Positions 52,312 to 64,000 of a stretch of DNA of 64,000 bases are shown here, one piece after another (position 1 is the stretch's first letter; every line of letters begins with the position of its first letter). The notes beneath the pieces are model-generated. The model had not been told where the DNA came from. It worked only from the letters and a program-made list of their open reading frames with translations, and made no database searches. Made by a program: the position numbers and the translations under genes. The DNA is taken from NCBI GenBank assembly GCA_051294375.1, contig JBJCIZ010000239.1, forward strand, positions 5,305,656-5,369,655. The letters are read 5' to 3'. The DNA is from Paraspadella gotoi. Lineage: Eukaryota > Animalia > Chaetognatha.

Positions 52312-53274
52312 TGCCACTCATCAATCATTGCTTCTTTCCTTTCTCCTCGGTAGCTATGTAGCATGAGTAAAAAAAAACCCACTGAAGATTCCAACAAAAA
52401 AAAAGATCTGGTGATCTACAACAACAAACAACGAACAACGAGCAAGCTCCTCTCCTTCTTCCCCCACCTCCCTTCTTCCCCACCTCTCCCGGCCCATCTG
52501 CCGCCCGCGGCAACCGATGAAAGGAAGAATTCTGGCCAGAAGTCGGGATGAATTGCTTTTTGTTTTCGCGGTAGCGAAACAAAAAAAAAAAGGGGGGGGG
52601 GCGGCGAAGAGACATTTCTAAGAAATGGTCTGTTTTCTTCGTTGTTGAATCTCATGGATGCTCAAAGTGGGGCCGGTTAGATAGTGGAGGGATTGCGGCC
52701 GCGAAAAGTTGTGGGCGGCTGGATTGTGGTAACGAATAGGTCGAGGGCAGATATGTTGGACGCCGTAGTTGCGGAAGTACATTAAAAAAAAAAACGTTCC
52801 CCAGTACGAATTATTATCAAAACATGCAATTCTACAGAGTGTGTCAAACGGACTGTCACTTTACAAATGAATTCAGTGGATCTTTACAGTGATATAAAAC
52901 ACATTTGCTGTACTCGTTGGATCCAGAAGTGCAAATGTCGGACATATTTTTTAGTCAATTTTGAAATATTCAAATCTTTCCAACAACCCAAACACTTTTT
53001 TTTCAGCTATTTGGTTGAATAATATTATATATCAATTTATATATTATTATAAAATTCAGCTTTTATATATGCTCCCATTCTAAACACCATCTTCAGTATC
53101 CAATTTAACTCGAGCAAGCTTCCACGATGGGCAAGCTTTTTTTTCCACCTTTTTTATTTTTTTTGTGTGTGTACCATTTGTGTGTGTGTGTGTGTCATTT
53201 CTCATTCATCATCTGTGGACGTCGAGTCTTCGAGGACCCAGGAAATGGTCGAAAGCGATTCGGAGCGGAACGGT

Positions 53275-53905
53275 GTGGGTAAGAAGTGTGAGGGAGAAGT
53301 GTGGGTATGGAGTGTGGGTAAGGAGTGTTGGGGAAGATGTTTGGGGGAAGGAGTGTGAGAGAAGGAGTGTGGGAAAGGTGTGTGGGGTACGTGCGGGGTA
53401 AAGAGAAGCAGCGGCGGAAGGAGTGTGGGTAAAGGAGTGTGAGTAAAGAGTCGTGGGGGAAGGAAGTGTGGGGTAAGAAGTGTGAGAAGAAGGAAGTCCT
53501 GGTAAGGAGTGTGGGCAAAGGAGTGTAGACGGGCATTCTAGGTTCACACCGCCTAAAAGCATGACAACCTTGGTCTTCACCCGGTAGATTCATTTAGTAA
53601 AGCCTATCAGCTCATAGACCACTAGGTTACATGGGTTCAAACCCACACCCGGTACCTTGCCCTGCGGGAAGAGTGAGGACGGCCGATAAGTTCGCCTTGG
53701 GGGGCGTGGAAAACCCTCAAGCCTGGTTCCAAGCCAGGGATACGCCGTTCCATGGCTGCAAGAGTGTTAAAGAATTGCGGATACACTCTTCAGCCCCAAA
53801 TTAGCGCCTTAATCCACAAGAGTGTCGGGGGAAGGAGTGTGTAGGAGTGTGGTAAAGTGATAGAAGAGTGTAGACTGGGGAGAAGTGCAAGGAGTGTGGT
53901 AATGT
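53275..53905 (+). repeat. Degenerate ~14-bp minisatellite (AAGGAGTGTGGGG..)n interrupted by the TG...CA element; second copy at about 58358-58720
   Basis: Direct inspection of repeated AAGGAGTGTGGGG/AAGAAGTGTG units. Confidence 0.85.
53524..53818 (+). mobile_element. Solo-LTR-like element (TGTAGA...TCCACA, 295 bp) with internal tRNA-Met-like Pol III head (Helenus-type TRIM-like)
   Basis: Terminal TG...CA with imperfect inverted ends TGTAGA/TCCACA; flanks GGAG/AGAG; internal ACCCGGTAG.TTCATTTAGTAAAGCC.ATCAGCTCATAGACC..AGGT.AC.TGGGTTCAAACCC..ACCCGGT; absent from the duplicated segment at 58358-58720. Confidence 0.7.
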
Positions 53906-56900
53906 GACTGGGCAAGTGCGACATAAAGAGCGGTCCTCTTCGTCGTCTCGTCGTCTCCGCTCTCTGTCCGTCTTCGTCTTCAACCCGAAAAAAAATCGTG
54001 TCCTTCCGCCGGACGAACTCTTTTCGTCACGAAGTTGGAGAGCGCGCGATCGTCGTCGTCCCTCGTCTTCGTCGTCTCGTCGTCGTCGTCGCTGACCATG
54101 CTGGAGTTCTGCGGGAATTGAGGAGATTTTCGATTAGCTTGGTTTTTTTTTTCTCTCGATTGGTTTGTTTTTGTTTGCCTTGTTGCGTGGTGTGTGTGAT
54201 GGAGTGTTTGCCTAGTTGTCCACTGCTTCTTGAGGAATAGTCGTTGTTGACGTCCGTCGCGTTGGTCGTCGTCTGTCTTTCTTTACGTGGGCGAAAAAAA
54301 AAGATGCTTGATAAGACGATACAACGACGACACCATTTTTACGACTTTTCTCTCTCGGTTCTACCTACTCTCTCTCTCTCATCTACTCTCTCTCTTCCTC
54401 TTCTCTCTCTCTCTCTCTCCTCCACTCTCTCTCTCTAACATCATCTCCCTCTTCTCTCCTTCCCTAACAAAGGGCCAAGGAAATATCGTTTCTGTAGATC
54501 AGTGACTTTTTGGCCAACCAGTGATCTCTTCTCCCTCCCCGCCTCTCTTTCTCCTCCTTTTTTTTCCCTTTTTCTTTTTTAAGCTTTGCTTTCCATTTCT
54601 TCCTCATTTTTTAGCTTTTTGTGGCTTTTTGTTTCCAGCTATTCTTCTTCTTTTTTTCCGCTTTTCTTCTTTTTCTCATTTATCGCTTTTATCCGCTTTT
54701 TTTTGCCGTCTTTTTCCAAAAATAAATTTTCCCATCTTTTAATATTTCCCTTCGGGGTTTTTTGATTTATTCAATCATTCATTCAACTTCATATATCACT
54801 CTGTCATTATCATTCATTCATTCTTTTCTCATTCTTCAGTACATTAATTCAATCATTTCTGTATAGATCAAATTTCAATTCATTCTCTCTTTTTCCTATT
54901 GTTTATTCTTCCTTTGTTTCTTTTTTTCTTTTCTTTCTCTCCTAAAGATTTTTACATCCTCCGGTTTTTATAATTTTGCTTCCTTGACAATTTGTTTAAC
55001 GATATAATTTTCATTGCTCTCTTCATTATATTGACTTATTGATAATAATTTCTCGTCTAAAAGATTTAAATATTTTGACAAAAAAAAGAAAATTTTCAAT
55101 TACGATTGAAAAAAAGACACCGAGTTTTTTTTTTTTTCTAAAAATACAAAACGGTATTTCAAATTGGTGATTCCGCCGAGTGACTGCCTTATCACGGTGT
55201 ATTTCTCGTGGACTGACATGACATGAGTGACATAACATGACATTGGCATGACTACAATAACTTTTAAGAGCCGTGTATTTATGACATGGAATAATACGTC
55301 TTTATTCTATTTTAGTTTAGGATTTCCTGAAGCGGCGGCAGCAGCCCCTTAGATTTTAGTTTTCTTTCTACTCGTCTATATAAAAGAGCCAACCGACTAT
55401 AGGGAAATAATATATGCATATATCCTAAGTGGGGACACTAGTCTTCACTCTTCTCTCCTCTCTCTCTCTTCTCTCTCTCTCTAGCGTCTCTCCTCTTCTC
55501 TCTCTCTCCTCTCTTTCCAAGAGAATTCGTCTATGTTTTTCATATATCGGATTGATTTTAGATGATCCAGTGCATCACTCTATATAAAATAATCCATGTC
55601 TTTGGAGTTCAAAGATATAAAAAGTATAGAAAAAGAGTATGAATATAAGGAGAAAATATATGATGCGACTGCTGAATGAGCAGCTAGAAAAAGAGATTGA
55701 AATCATCTATTCATACTTTATTTCGTTACAAGTTAAGTGCTCAAAGTTTAGTATTTTAAATACCTTTACCTACTTTTAAATATATCAATTTAGCTGGTCA
55801 GAGTTTTTTCTTTTTTATTTCTCCATTAGAGAATGCACGCCACTCGCTGTGATGAAAATATTTCTCTTTCTTCTTTACTTTCATCATTTGTCTTATCCCT
55901 CGTTTTTCGCGCCTCTGCTTCTTTTTTTCCCTCCAACTTGTTTTTTCTTCTGTTCATTTTATGTTAATTGACGTGTAGTTATTATTAGTTTTTAAAAAAC
56001 TTTATAAAAAAATCAGGACTAAAATCATTTTGTTCGGGAATTACATTCATAAAAAAAAAATTTTCCGCTTTTTTTTTTCAAATTTTTCTTTTCTTTTTCT
56101 TTCTCTTTCCTCTTTCTTTTCTTTCTTTCATAAATTTTTTTTCTATAATTTTTCTTTTCTTTTTCTTTCCTTTCCCTTTCCCTTTCCTTTCCCTTCCTTT
56201 CCTTTCTTTTCCTTCCTTTCCTATCCTTTCCTTTTCCTTTTCCTTCCTTCCCCTTTCTTTCCTTTCCTTTCCTNNNNNNNNNNNNNNNNNNNNNNNNNGA
56301 GAGGAGGATAGAGAGGGAGAGAGAGACGGCTAGAGAGAGAGATACAGAGAGGAGGAGAGAGGGAGAGTAATGAGAGGAAAGAGAGTTAAGAAGGGAGATA
56401 TGAAGTAGCATATGCCAAGGAGAAAAGAAGCAGAGAAGAGGAGGAATAAGTTGGAAAGAGCATGTTAGAGTAGGGAGGAGAATGAGGGTGAGAGTGGAGG
56501 CCATAAACATGACGTGACACAATGACATGACAATAACATTCTTTGCCACACACTGCATAGGAAATTACGTCCTTCGTTCTTTATAGTTTTAGGATTTCCT
56601 GAAGGCGCCGGCTCGCAGTCCTTAAATTGAGGTTTTTTCCCTGGATCCTGAACCAAATGGAGCCCAGGCTAACAACAGAGTGAGGGGGAATTATATGAAA
56701 TTTTAATGTAAAGTGGGGACCAGACCTACCAGACGACAGACGACGAAACTGAGTTCAGACTGCTCGCGAGATCTCCGATCGCATTACATACAGACGCTTC
56801 GACATTTTCCCTTTAGGTAAAGTTCGCTCTCTTAATACATGATAGTTTTTCTCTGTATAAGTAGATCCCATTCGAATTCGCTCGCGACCTTTTAGTAAGC

Positions 56901-58869
56901 TGTCCCAATTTATCTTTTTTCCTTTTTCTTTCGCTTCTCAATTTTATCATTTTCAGATGAAAAAATGTAAGAAATGATGCGAAAGTGATTACGATTTTAT
57001 GCTTTCAAAGGCATTCAAGTTCCTCTAAATATATATTTCTCGCTCTTCATCTCCTTTCCTGTTTTCGGTCTCCCACTCCATTCGTCAATAACCTATTTCT
57101 TTTTGGTTCTCTTTCTGTTCTTTCTTTCTTTTTCTTTCTTTTCTTTCTTTCTTTCTTTCTTTCTTTGTCTTCTTTTTGTATCATATATGCCTTATCATAT
57201 AGTATGACGGTTTGAAAAGTTTGGATTTTTCTAGCTGTCTGTGATTACAGCTTGTTTTTGCTCGTTTTCGGTCTTTTTTTCTTTCTTTCGTTGTTTTTTT
57301 TCTGCCCTTCCTCCTCTCTCTCCTCTCTTCTCGTCGCTTCTCCTCTCTCGGTTCTCTTCTGCTCTCTCTCTCTCGCTCTTCGCTCTCTCGTCTCCTCCAC
57401 TCATCAATCAATTCTGCTTTCCTTTCTCCTCGGTAGCTTAGGTACCATAGTAAAAAAAACCCACGAAGATTCCAATGAAAAAAAAATCGGGGTGATCTAC
57501 AACAACAACAAACGAACAACGAGGCAACTCCCTCTCCTCCTTCCCCCCACCTCACCTCTTCCCCACCTCCCACGCCGGCTACTCTGCCGCCCGCGCAAAC
57601 CGATGAAAGGGAAGAATTCTGGCCAGAAATCGGGATGAATTGCTTTTGGTTTTCGCGGTAGCGAAATCAAAAAAAAAAAGGGGGGGGGGCGGCGAGAACA
57701 TTTTCTAAGAAATCCGTCTCGGTTTTCTTCTTTGTTGAATCTCATTGATCTCAAAAGTGGGGCCGGTTAGATAGGGAGGGTTGCGGCCGGAAAGTGTGGG
57801 CGGTCTGGATTGTGTGTAACTGAATAGGTCGAGGGCAGATATGCTTGGACGCCGTCAGTGCGGAATACATTAAAAAGAAAAAAACGTTCCCGCAGACGAA
57901 TTATTATCGAAAAATGCGAATCTACAGAGTGTCTCAAACGGACTGTCAACTTTAACAGAATAGTTAGGGTCTTTACAGTGAGTATAGAACACATTCCTGC
58001 TAGCTCGTTGATCCGGAATGCAAATGTCGAATATTTTTAGTCATTTAAAACTATTCAAATCTTCCAACAACCCAAACACTTTTTTCCAGTATTGTGGTTG
58101 AAAATATATAGTAATCAATTTATATATTATAAAAATTCAGCTTTACATTTTCTTATTATATGGCTCCCATTCTAAACCATCTTCAGTATCCAATTAACTC
58201 GAGCAACGTTCCACGATGGGCAGCTTTTTTTTTCCCACCTTTTATTTATTTTTTTGTGTGTGTACCATTTGTGTGTGTGTGTGTGTCATTTCTCCTTCAT
58301 CCATCTGTGACGTCGGAGTCTTCGAGGACCCAGGAAAGTGAGGATCGGCGGAAACGGCTGTGGGTAAGCAAGTGTGAGGAGAAGTGTGGGGTATGGAGTT
58401 GTGGGTAAGAGGTGGGGAAGATGTTTGGGGAAGGCAGTGTGAAGAGAAGGATGTGGAAAAGGTGTTGTACGGGTAAGAGAGAGGGGAAGTGTCGTGGGTA
58501 AAGAGAGAGTGGGGAAAGGAGTGTGCGGTAAAGGAGTGTAGTAAAGGAGGTGGGGGAAGGGAGTGTGGGATAAGGAGTGTGGGGAAATGAATGTGGGGAA
58601 GAAGTGAGGATAAGGAGTGTGTAAGAAGGAGTGTGGGGTAAGAAGTGGTGGAGAAGGAGTGTGGGTAAGGAGCATGAGGGAAGAAGTGTGGCTAAGGAGT
58701 GTGGGGTAAGGAGTGTGAACTGGGCAAGTGGACATAAAGAGTCGGTCCTCTTCGTCGTCTTCGTCGTCGTCTTCGTCGTCCTCTTCGTCGTCGTCTTCGT
58801 CTTCAACCCGAAAAAAAAATCGTGTTCCATTCCGCCGGACGAACTCTTATCGGTCCGAAGTTGGAGACG

Positions 58870-58903
<34 letters not shown>

Positions 58904-59158
58904 TGACCATGTGGAGTCTGCTGAATTTGAGGAGATTTCGATAGTTTGGTTTTTTTTCTCTCGATGGTTTGGTTTTTGTTTGCTGTTGCTGTGGTGGATG
59001 TTGATGGAGTGTTGCCTAGTTGTCCACTGCTTCTTGAGGAATAGTCGTTGTTGACGTCGTCGTCGTCGTCGTCGTCGTTGTCTTCTTTACGTGGGCGAAA
59101 AAAAAAGATGCTTGATAAGAGGATACAACGACGACACCATTTTTACGACTTTTCTCTC

Positions 59159-59219
<61 letters not shown>

Positions 59220-60116
59220 AAGGGCTTCCATTCCCTTAAGGGAAATCGTTTCTGTTATCAGTGACTTTTTGCCAACCAGTGATCTCTTTCTCCCTCTCCC
59301 TCTCCCTCTCTTTCTCCCTCCTTTTTTTCCTTTTTCTTTTTTAAGCTTTGCTTTCCATTTTCTTTCCTTCATTCTTTAGCTTTTTTGTTGGCTTTTTTTT
59401 CCCGCTATTCTTCTTCTTTTTTTCCGCTTTTCTTTCTTCCATTTATCGCTTTTTTATCCGCTTTTTTTTGCTCTTTTTAAAATAATTTTTTCCCTCTTTT
59501 AATATTTTCCTTCGGTTTTTTTATTTATTCAATCATTCATTCAATTATTCATTCATTCATTCATTCGTACATTAATTCAATCATTTCTTCTTTAATTCAT
59601 TCTCTCTTTTTCTATTGTTTATTCTATCCTTTTTCTTTTTTTCTTTTCTTTCTCCTAAAGATTCTTACATCCTCCGGTTTTTATAATTTTGCTTCCTTGA
59701 CAATTTTGTTACGATATAATTTTCGTTGCTCTTTTCTTTATGATCTTAATTGATACATAATTTCTCGTCTAAAGATTTAAATATTTTGACAACAAAAATT
59801 TCAATTACGATTAACACGATTTTTTTTTCAAAACAAGAACGGTAATTCAAATGTGTTTCACCCCAGTGACTGCCTTATCACGTGTATTTCTCGTGACATG
59901 ACATGACATGACGTGACATAACATGACTGCATGACTACAATAACTTTCTAAGCCCGTGTATTTATGACATGGAAAATCGTCTTTTATTCTATTTTAGTTT
60001 TAGGATTTCCTGAAGGCGGCGCAGCAGCCCCTTAGATTTGAGGTTTTTTCCTGTCTTAACAAAAGAGCAACCGACTATAGGGAAATTATATGCATTTTTA
60101 ACCTAAGTGGGACACA

Positions 60117-60174
<58 letters not shown>

Positions 60175-60969
60175 AAGAGAATTTGTTATGTTTTTCAGAT
60201 ATCGGATGATTTTTAGATGCATCCAGGCATCACTCTATTATAAAATAATCCCATGTCTTTGGAGTTCAAATGAAAAAAAAGCAGAGAAAAAGGAGGAAAA
60301 AGAGCAGCTGCAAATGCAGCAGCTAGAAAAGCAGATGAAATCATCTATTCATCTTTATTTTGTTACAAGTTAAGTCAACAGTTTAATACCCTTTACCTAC
60401 TTTTAAATCATTCAATTAGCTGGTCAGTTTTTTTCTTTTATTTTCCATTAAAGAACTGACACTGTGATAAAATTATTTCTCTTCTTCTTTACTTTCATCA
60501 TTTGTCTTTTCCTTCGTTTTTCGCCGCTGCTTCTTTTTTACCCTCCAACTTTTTTTTTCTTTTCATTTTATTAATTGACGTTGTAGTTATTATTTAGTTT
60601 TTAACTTTACAAAAATTCAGAACTAAATATTTTTCTTTTTTTTCTTTTCTTTTCCTTTCCTATCCTTTCCTTTCCTTTCCTTTCCTTTCNNNNNNNNNNC
60701 TTTCCTTTCCTTTCCTTTCCTTTCCTTTCCTTTTATTTTTCTTCTTTCTTTCCTCCCTTTTCTCCTTCATTCTCGGTCAATCATGGACCGACCTTCCCTC
60801 GTGTTTTTTCAGAGTCGTACAAAAATCTGAGCTTTTCGAATTTTACGTTTTTTTTTATTTTTTTTGTTTGTTTGTTTATTTACAATATTTTTATTTGTCA
60901 GAATTGTTTGCTCCCCGTGGAACATTATTATACACAACAAACTCTCTCTCTCTCTCACTATCTGCTCTC

Positions 60970-61001
<32 letters not shown>

Positions 61002-61469
61002 ATCTCTCTCTCTCTACTAATGCGTCTCTCACGCGACTCTTTTTTTCTTCCATTTCGCCTTTTATAACCTCTTCTTCTCTCTCTCTCTCTCTTCCCATCT
61101 TCTCTCTCTCTCCTCCTCTCATCTCTTCTCTCTCTCTGCTTATATCTCCCGTCTTGCCTCTCTCTCCTCTCTCTGCATTTCATTACCGCTTTTGCCCACA
61201 TCTCATCGAATTCCTCCGCCTCGACCATCGACTTTAACAACAACAACGACAACAACAACAACTTCTCTTTCCAATTTTCTTCGGTCTTTCTCGATATTTC
61301 ATGGGAGAAAGGGGGAAAGGGAAAAAGGTTTTTTTTTTAGGAAGAAAGTTGATCTCTCTTTTCCAGAAACGTCCCATTTCTGATCCTTAATCCTTAAATT
61401 TCATTCTAAATTAACATCTATTATATACGTTTCTCCCTAATCTTATCCTATTCTTTAAGCCCAACCATA

Positions 61470-61625
61470 AACCCTAATCAAAAATCTTTAACATTGACCC
61501 CCCCTAACCCTGAACCGTAATGCCTAAACCTTAATCTGTAAACGCAATTCTTAATCCTAATCATTAACCTAATCCGTAACCCTAATCCATAACCTAATCC
61601 ATGACCTAATCTTTAACCTAATCGA
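61470..61625 (+). repeat. Degenerate (CCTAA[C/T])-rich telomere-like interstitial repeat
   Basis: AACCCTAATC, CCCTAACCCT and TAACCTAATCC units repeated; imperfect. Confidence 0.5.
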
Positions 61626-62187
61626 ATTACTTCCAAATTTAAGATGAAAGAAGGCGCTTTGGGTAAATAAAGCCTAGAGCTGGGTGGCTCAATCCATGAA
61701 CTTTTTTTTTTTCGGTTTGTCAGTATCGTTAGCGAAGGATTGGGGAGATTCTTACGAAGGACAAGTTTATGTCTAATACTGAGATACACTAGTTGCGTGG
61801 GGTCATAAGTTTTAGTGGCTTTTTACGCTTTATAACTTTATACCTACTAAACAATATAGAAAAAACATAGTAAAATCACAAAATATACCTAATGATAAAA
61901 CAGAATATAAATCGATGGGACCTAAAATAACTTACTACTATATGCAAATGAGATTGATGAATTCTTTAGATGATAAAAGAGCCAATGAAAAAAAAACGTT
62001 TTCGTTTTGATTATTTGGTTATATTATAACTTATTATAACTTTTTTCTTTTCTGAGATCAATGTTGACGTGGACTATGAAGTAAGAAAAAGTTCCGAATC
62101 ATTCAAGGAACCAATTTTAACCTCTTGAGTCATTTCAATTACACTTTTTTTCTTTTTTTTCGCGCGCGACAGCCAGTCTGTGTCTCG

Positions 62188-62346
62188 AATTGCATTACGT
62201 TGCATTGCAATGTATTGTTTAGCAGTGCAGTGCATTGCAATAAATTGCACTGCATTTTGAATTGCAAAACATGAAATTGCATTGCACTGAATTTAATTTC
62301 ATTGCATTTCTTTGCATTGCATTACATTTGATCGCATTGCATTGCC
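62188..62346 (+). repeat. Degenerate (TTGCA)n pentamer repeat
   Basis: AATTGCATTACGTTGCATTGCAATG...TGCATTGCATTACATTTGATCGCATTGCATTGCC. Confidence 0.85.
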
Positions 62347-62400
62347 TCGGAGATGTTTTAAAACAGTCGCAATGGGAAAAGACCGGCGCTATGCGTGGGC

Positions 62401-62522
<122 letters not shown>

Positions 62523-62778
62523 ATCGGAGTCAAAGTCGAGAGCAGCATTAAATTTTTTTTCTCCCTTCATTTTATGGCCTCCGTTTTTCATGAAGTCCGT
62601 CGGCGGAATTGAAATTATTAATCTTTATTTTGCAGCCGTCGGGTTTTTTTCTTTTATTTTTTATTCTTTTTTATTTCTATTTTTTCTCTTTTTTTCTTTT
62701 CGCGTGCAAATCCTGAAATGGAAAGATTTACAAGCAGATTCCATGACGTTGTAATTAGATGAAAGTGGACCTAGAAGC

Positions 62779-62836
<58 letters not shown>

Positions 62837-64000
62837 TGTTTTTCCGCTGACTTGCTTTTACAATGATCGTAAAAACCCCCCAAAAAAGTCTTTTTGGTCG
62901 ATGCGTCGTCGCATCTCCGCAACAGGATTAGATGATAACTTAAAAATAAATGGTCAATAATCAATATTCATCATTCAGTACTTATTAATCAATAATAAAT
63001 ACTAAAAAGTTAAATTAACCTTTTCATCAGATGAAGCTGTTAGAAATGTTATTAGTAAAAAATCAAAGATTCTCTGAAGTCAATAAAATGAAATGTAATT
63101 TTAAAATAAGACGTCACATATTCTCTATCTTTCTCCCTCTTTCTCTCTCCTTCTTTTTTTTTTCCCAACTGATTTTACTCCCTCTTCTCCTTTCTCTCTC
63201 TCCCTTTCTTCCCCTCCCTCTCCTTCTCTCTCCCTACCCTCTCTACCACTCCTTTTCATCCCCTCCCTCTCTCCCTCCTCTTTCCTCCCTTCTCTCCCTT
63301 CCTTCCCCTTCCTCTCTCCTTTACCCACCCTCTCCTTCTCTCTTCCTACCCTCTCTCCACTCCTTTTCCTCCCCTTCCTCTTTCCCTCTCCCCCTTCCCT
63401 CTATCCCTCCCTCTCCCACCTTCCTCTCTTCCTCTCCCCTTTAATCCCGGGTCGCCTCATTTTACTTCTTTCCTTTTTTTCTTTTTTTTTCCGCTCGAAT
63501 TCGTTTCGTTTTTCTCCTCTTGTTTTCTTTTTTTCTTTTTTGTTTTTTATTTGTTTTTTGTTTTTTTGTTTTCTTTGATCTCTCGAGAGTCAGACGATGA
63601 GAGGAAAAAAATGATTCGATTTCAGGTTTTTCATTCCTGTTTTCTTTTTTGTTTTCTTCTTTGATTCTATTTCAGGTTGTTCATTCCTTTTTTCTTTTTG
63701 TATTCATTTTTATTTTTCGGTTGTTGTAGTTGTTGTTTTATTTTTGTTTGTTTGTTTTTGTCGTTGCTGCTGTTTTCATTTTTATTGTTGTTGTTTTGTT
63801 GTTTATGATCTTTCGTCGTATTTGTTGTTTCGTTGTTTTTCTTAGTTTGTTATTAGAAAGTTAGTAAGTGTTGTTTTTGTTTTGTTTTTTTGTCGTATTT
63901 GTTGTTTTGGTTTGTTAGCTGTTTTTATAATAGTTTGTTTTTATTGTTTTGGTTTTTCTGTTGTTGTTGTTGTTGTTGTTCTAGTTATTGTTGTCCTTAA

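Larger units (their letters stand above)
51340..60690 (+). repeat. ~4.4-4.9-kb direct tandem duplication (about 51340-56273 and 56299-60689), separated by an N gap
   Basis: Collinear anchors such as GATATGAAGTAG.ATATGCCAAGGAG (~51425/~56397), GAAGAATTCTGGCCAGAA (~52524/~57611), GTGGGGCCGGTTAGATAG (~52667/~57757) and AATCCATGTCTTTGGAGTTCAAA (~55591/~60248); indel-dominated differences. Confidence 0.9.

Noticed and set aside
61470-61625. True telomere
   Set aside because: Short, degenerate and internal; not a perfect (TTAGGG)n or (TTAGG)n array.

Overview
Eukaryotic (probably invertebrate animal) genomic DNA from a draft assembly: AT-rich, saturated with (GA/CT)n, (GTC)n and (TTTA)n microsatellites, with many N gaps and several stretches that look like poorly polished long reads. 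The only clear protein gene is a minus-strand ABCB1/P-glycoprotein-like ABC transporter. Twelve exons (16675 down to 2245) were traced by hand with GT-AG sites and consistent phases except at one indel-damaged exon, covering an unusual 343-codon acidic first exon, TMD1 and NBD1. The gene runs off the left edge of the window. Its last visible intron holds one intact tRNA-Gly(TCC) gene in a decaying ~140-bp-period array of about 10 tRNA-Gly pseudocopies. The rest is repeats: a ~250-295-bp TG...CA element with an internal tRNA-Met-like head and 4-bp TSD-like flanks (3 copies, resembling solo LTRs of tRNA-containing Helenus-type TRIMs, one copy present in only one of two duplicated segments), Helentron-associated (HINE/DINE-1-like) elements, a hAT-type MITE nested in a Tc1/mariner-type MITE, a tRNA-derived SINE, a 42-bp CCAAT-rich minisatellite, and three multi-kb near-tandem duplications that are probably uncollapsed haplotypes or raw-read artefacts. 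Most ORFs in the supplied track are microsatellite read-throughs.
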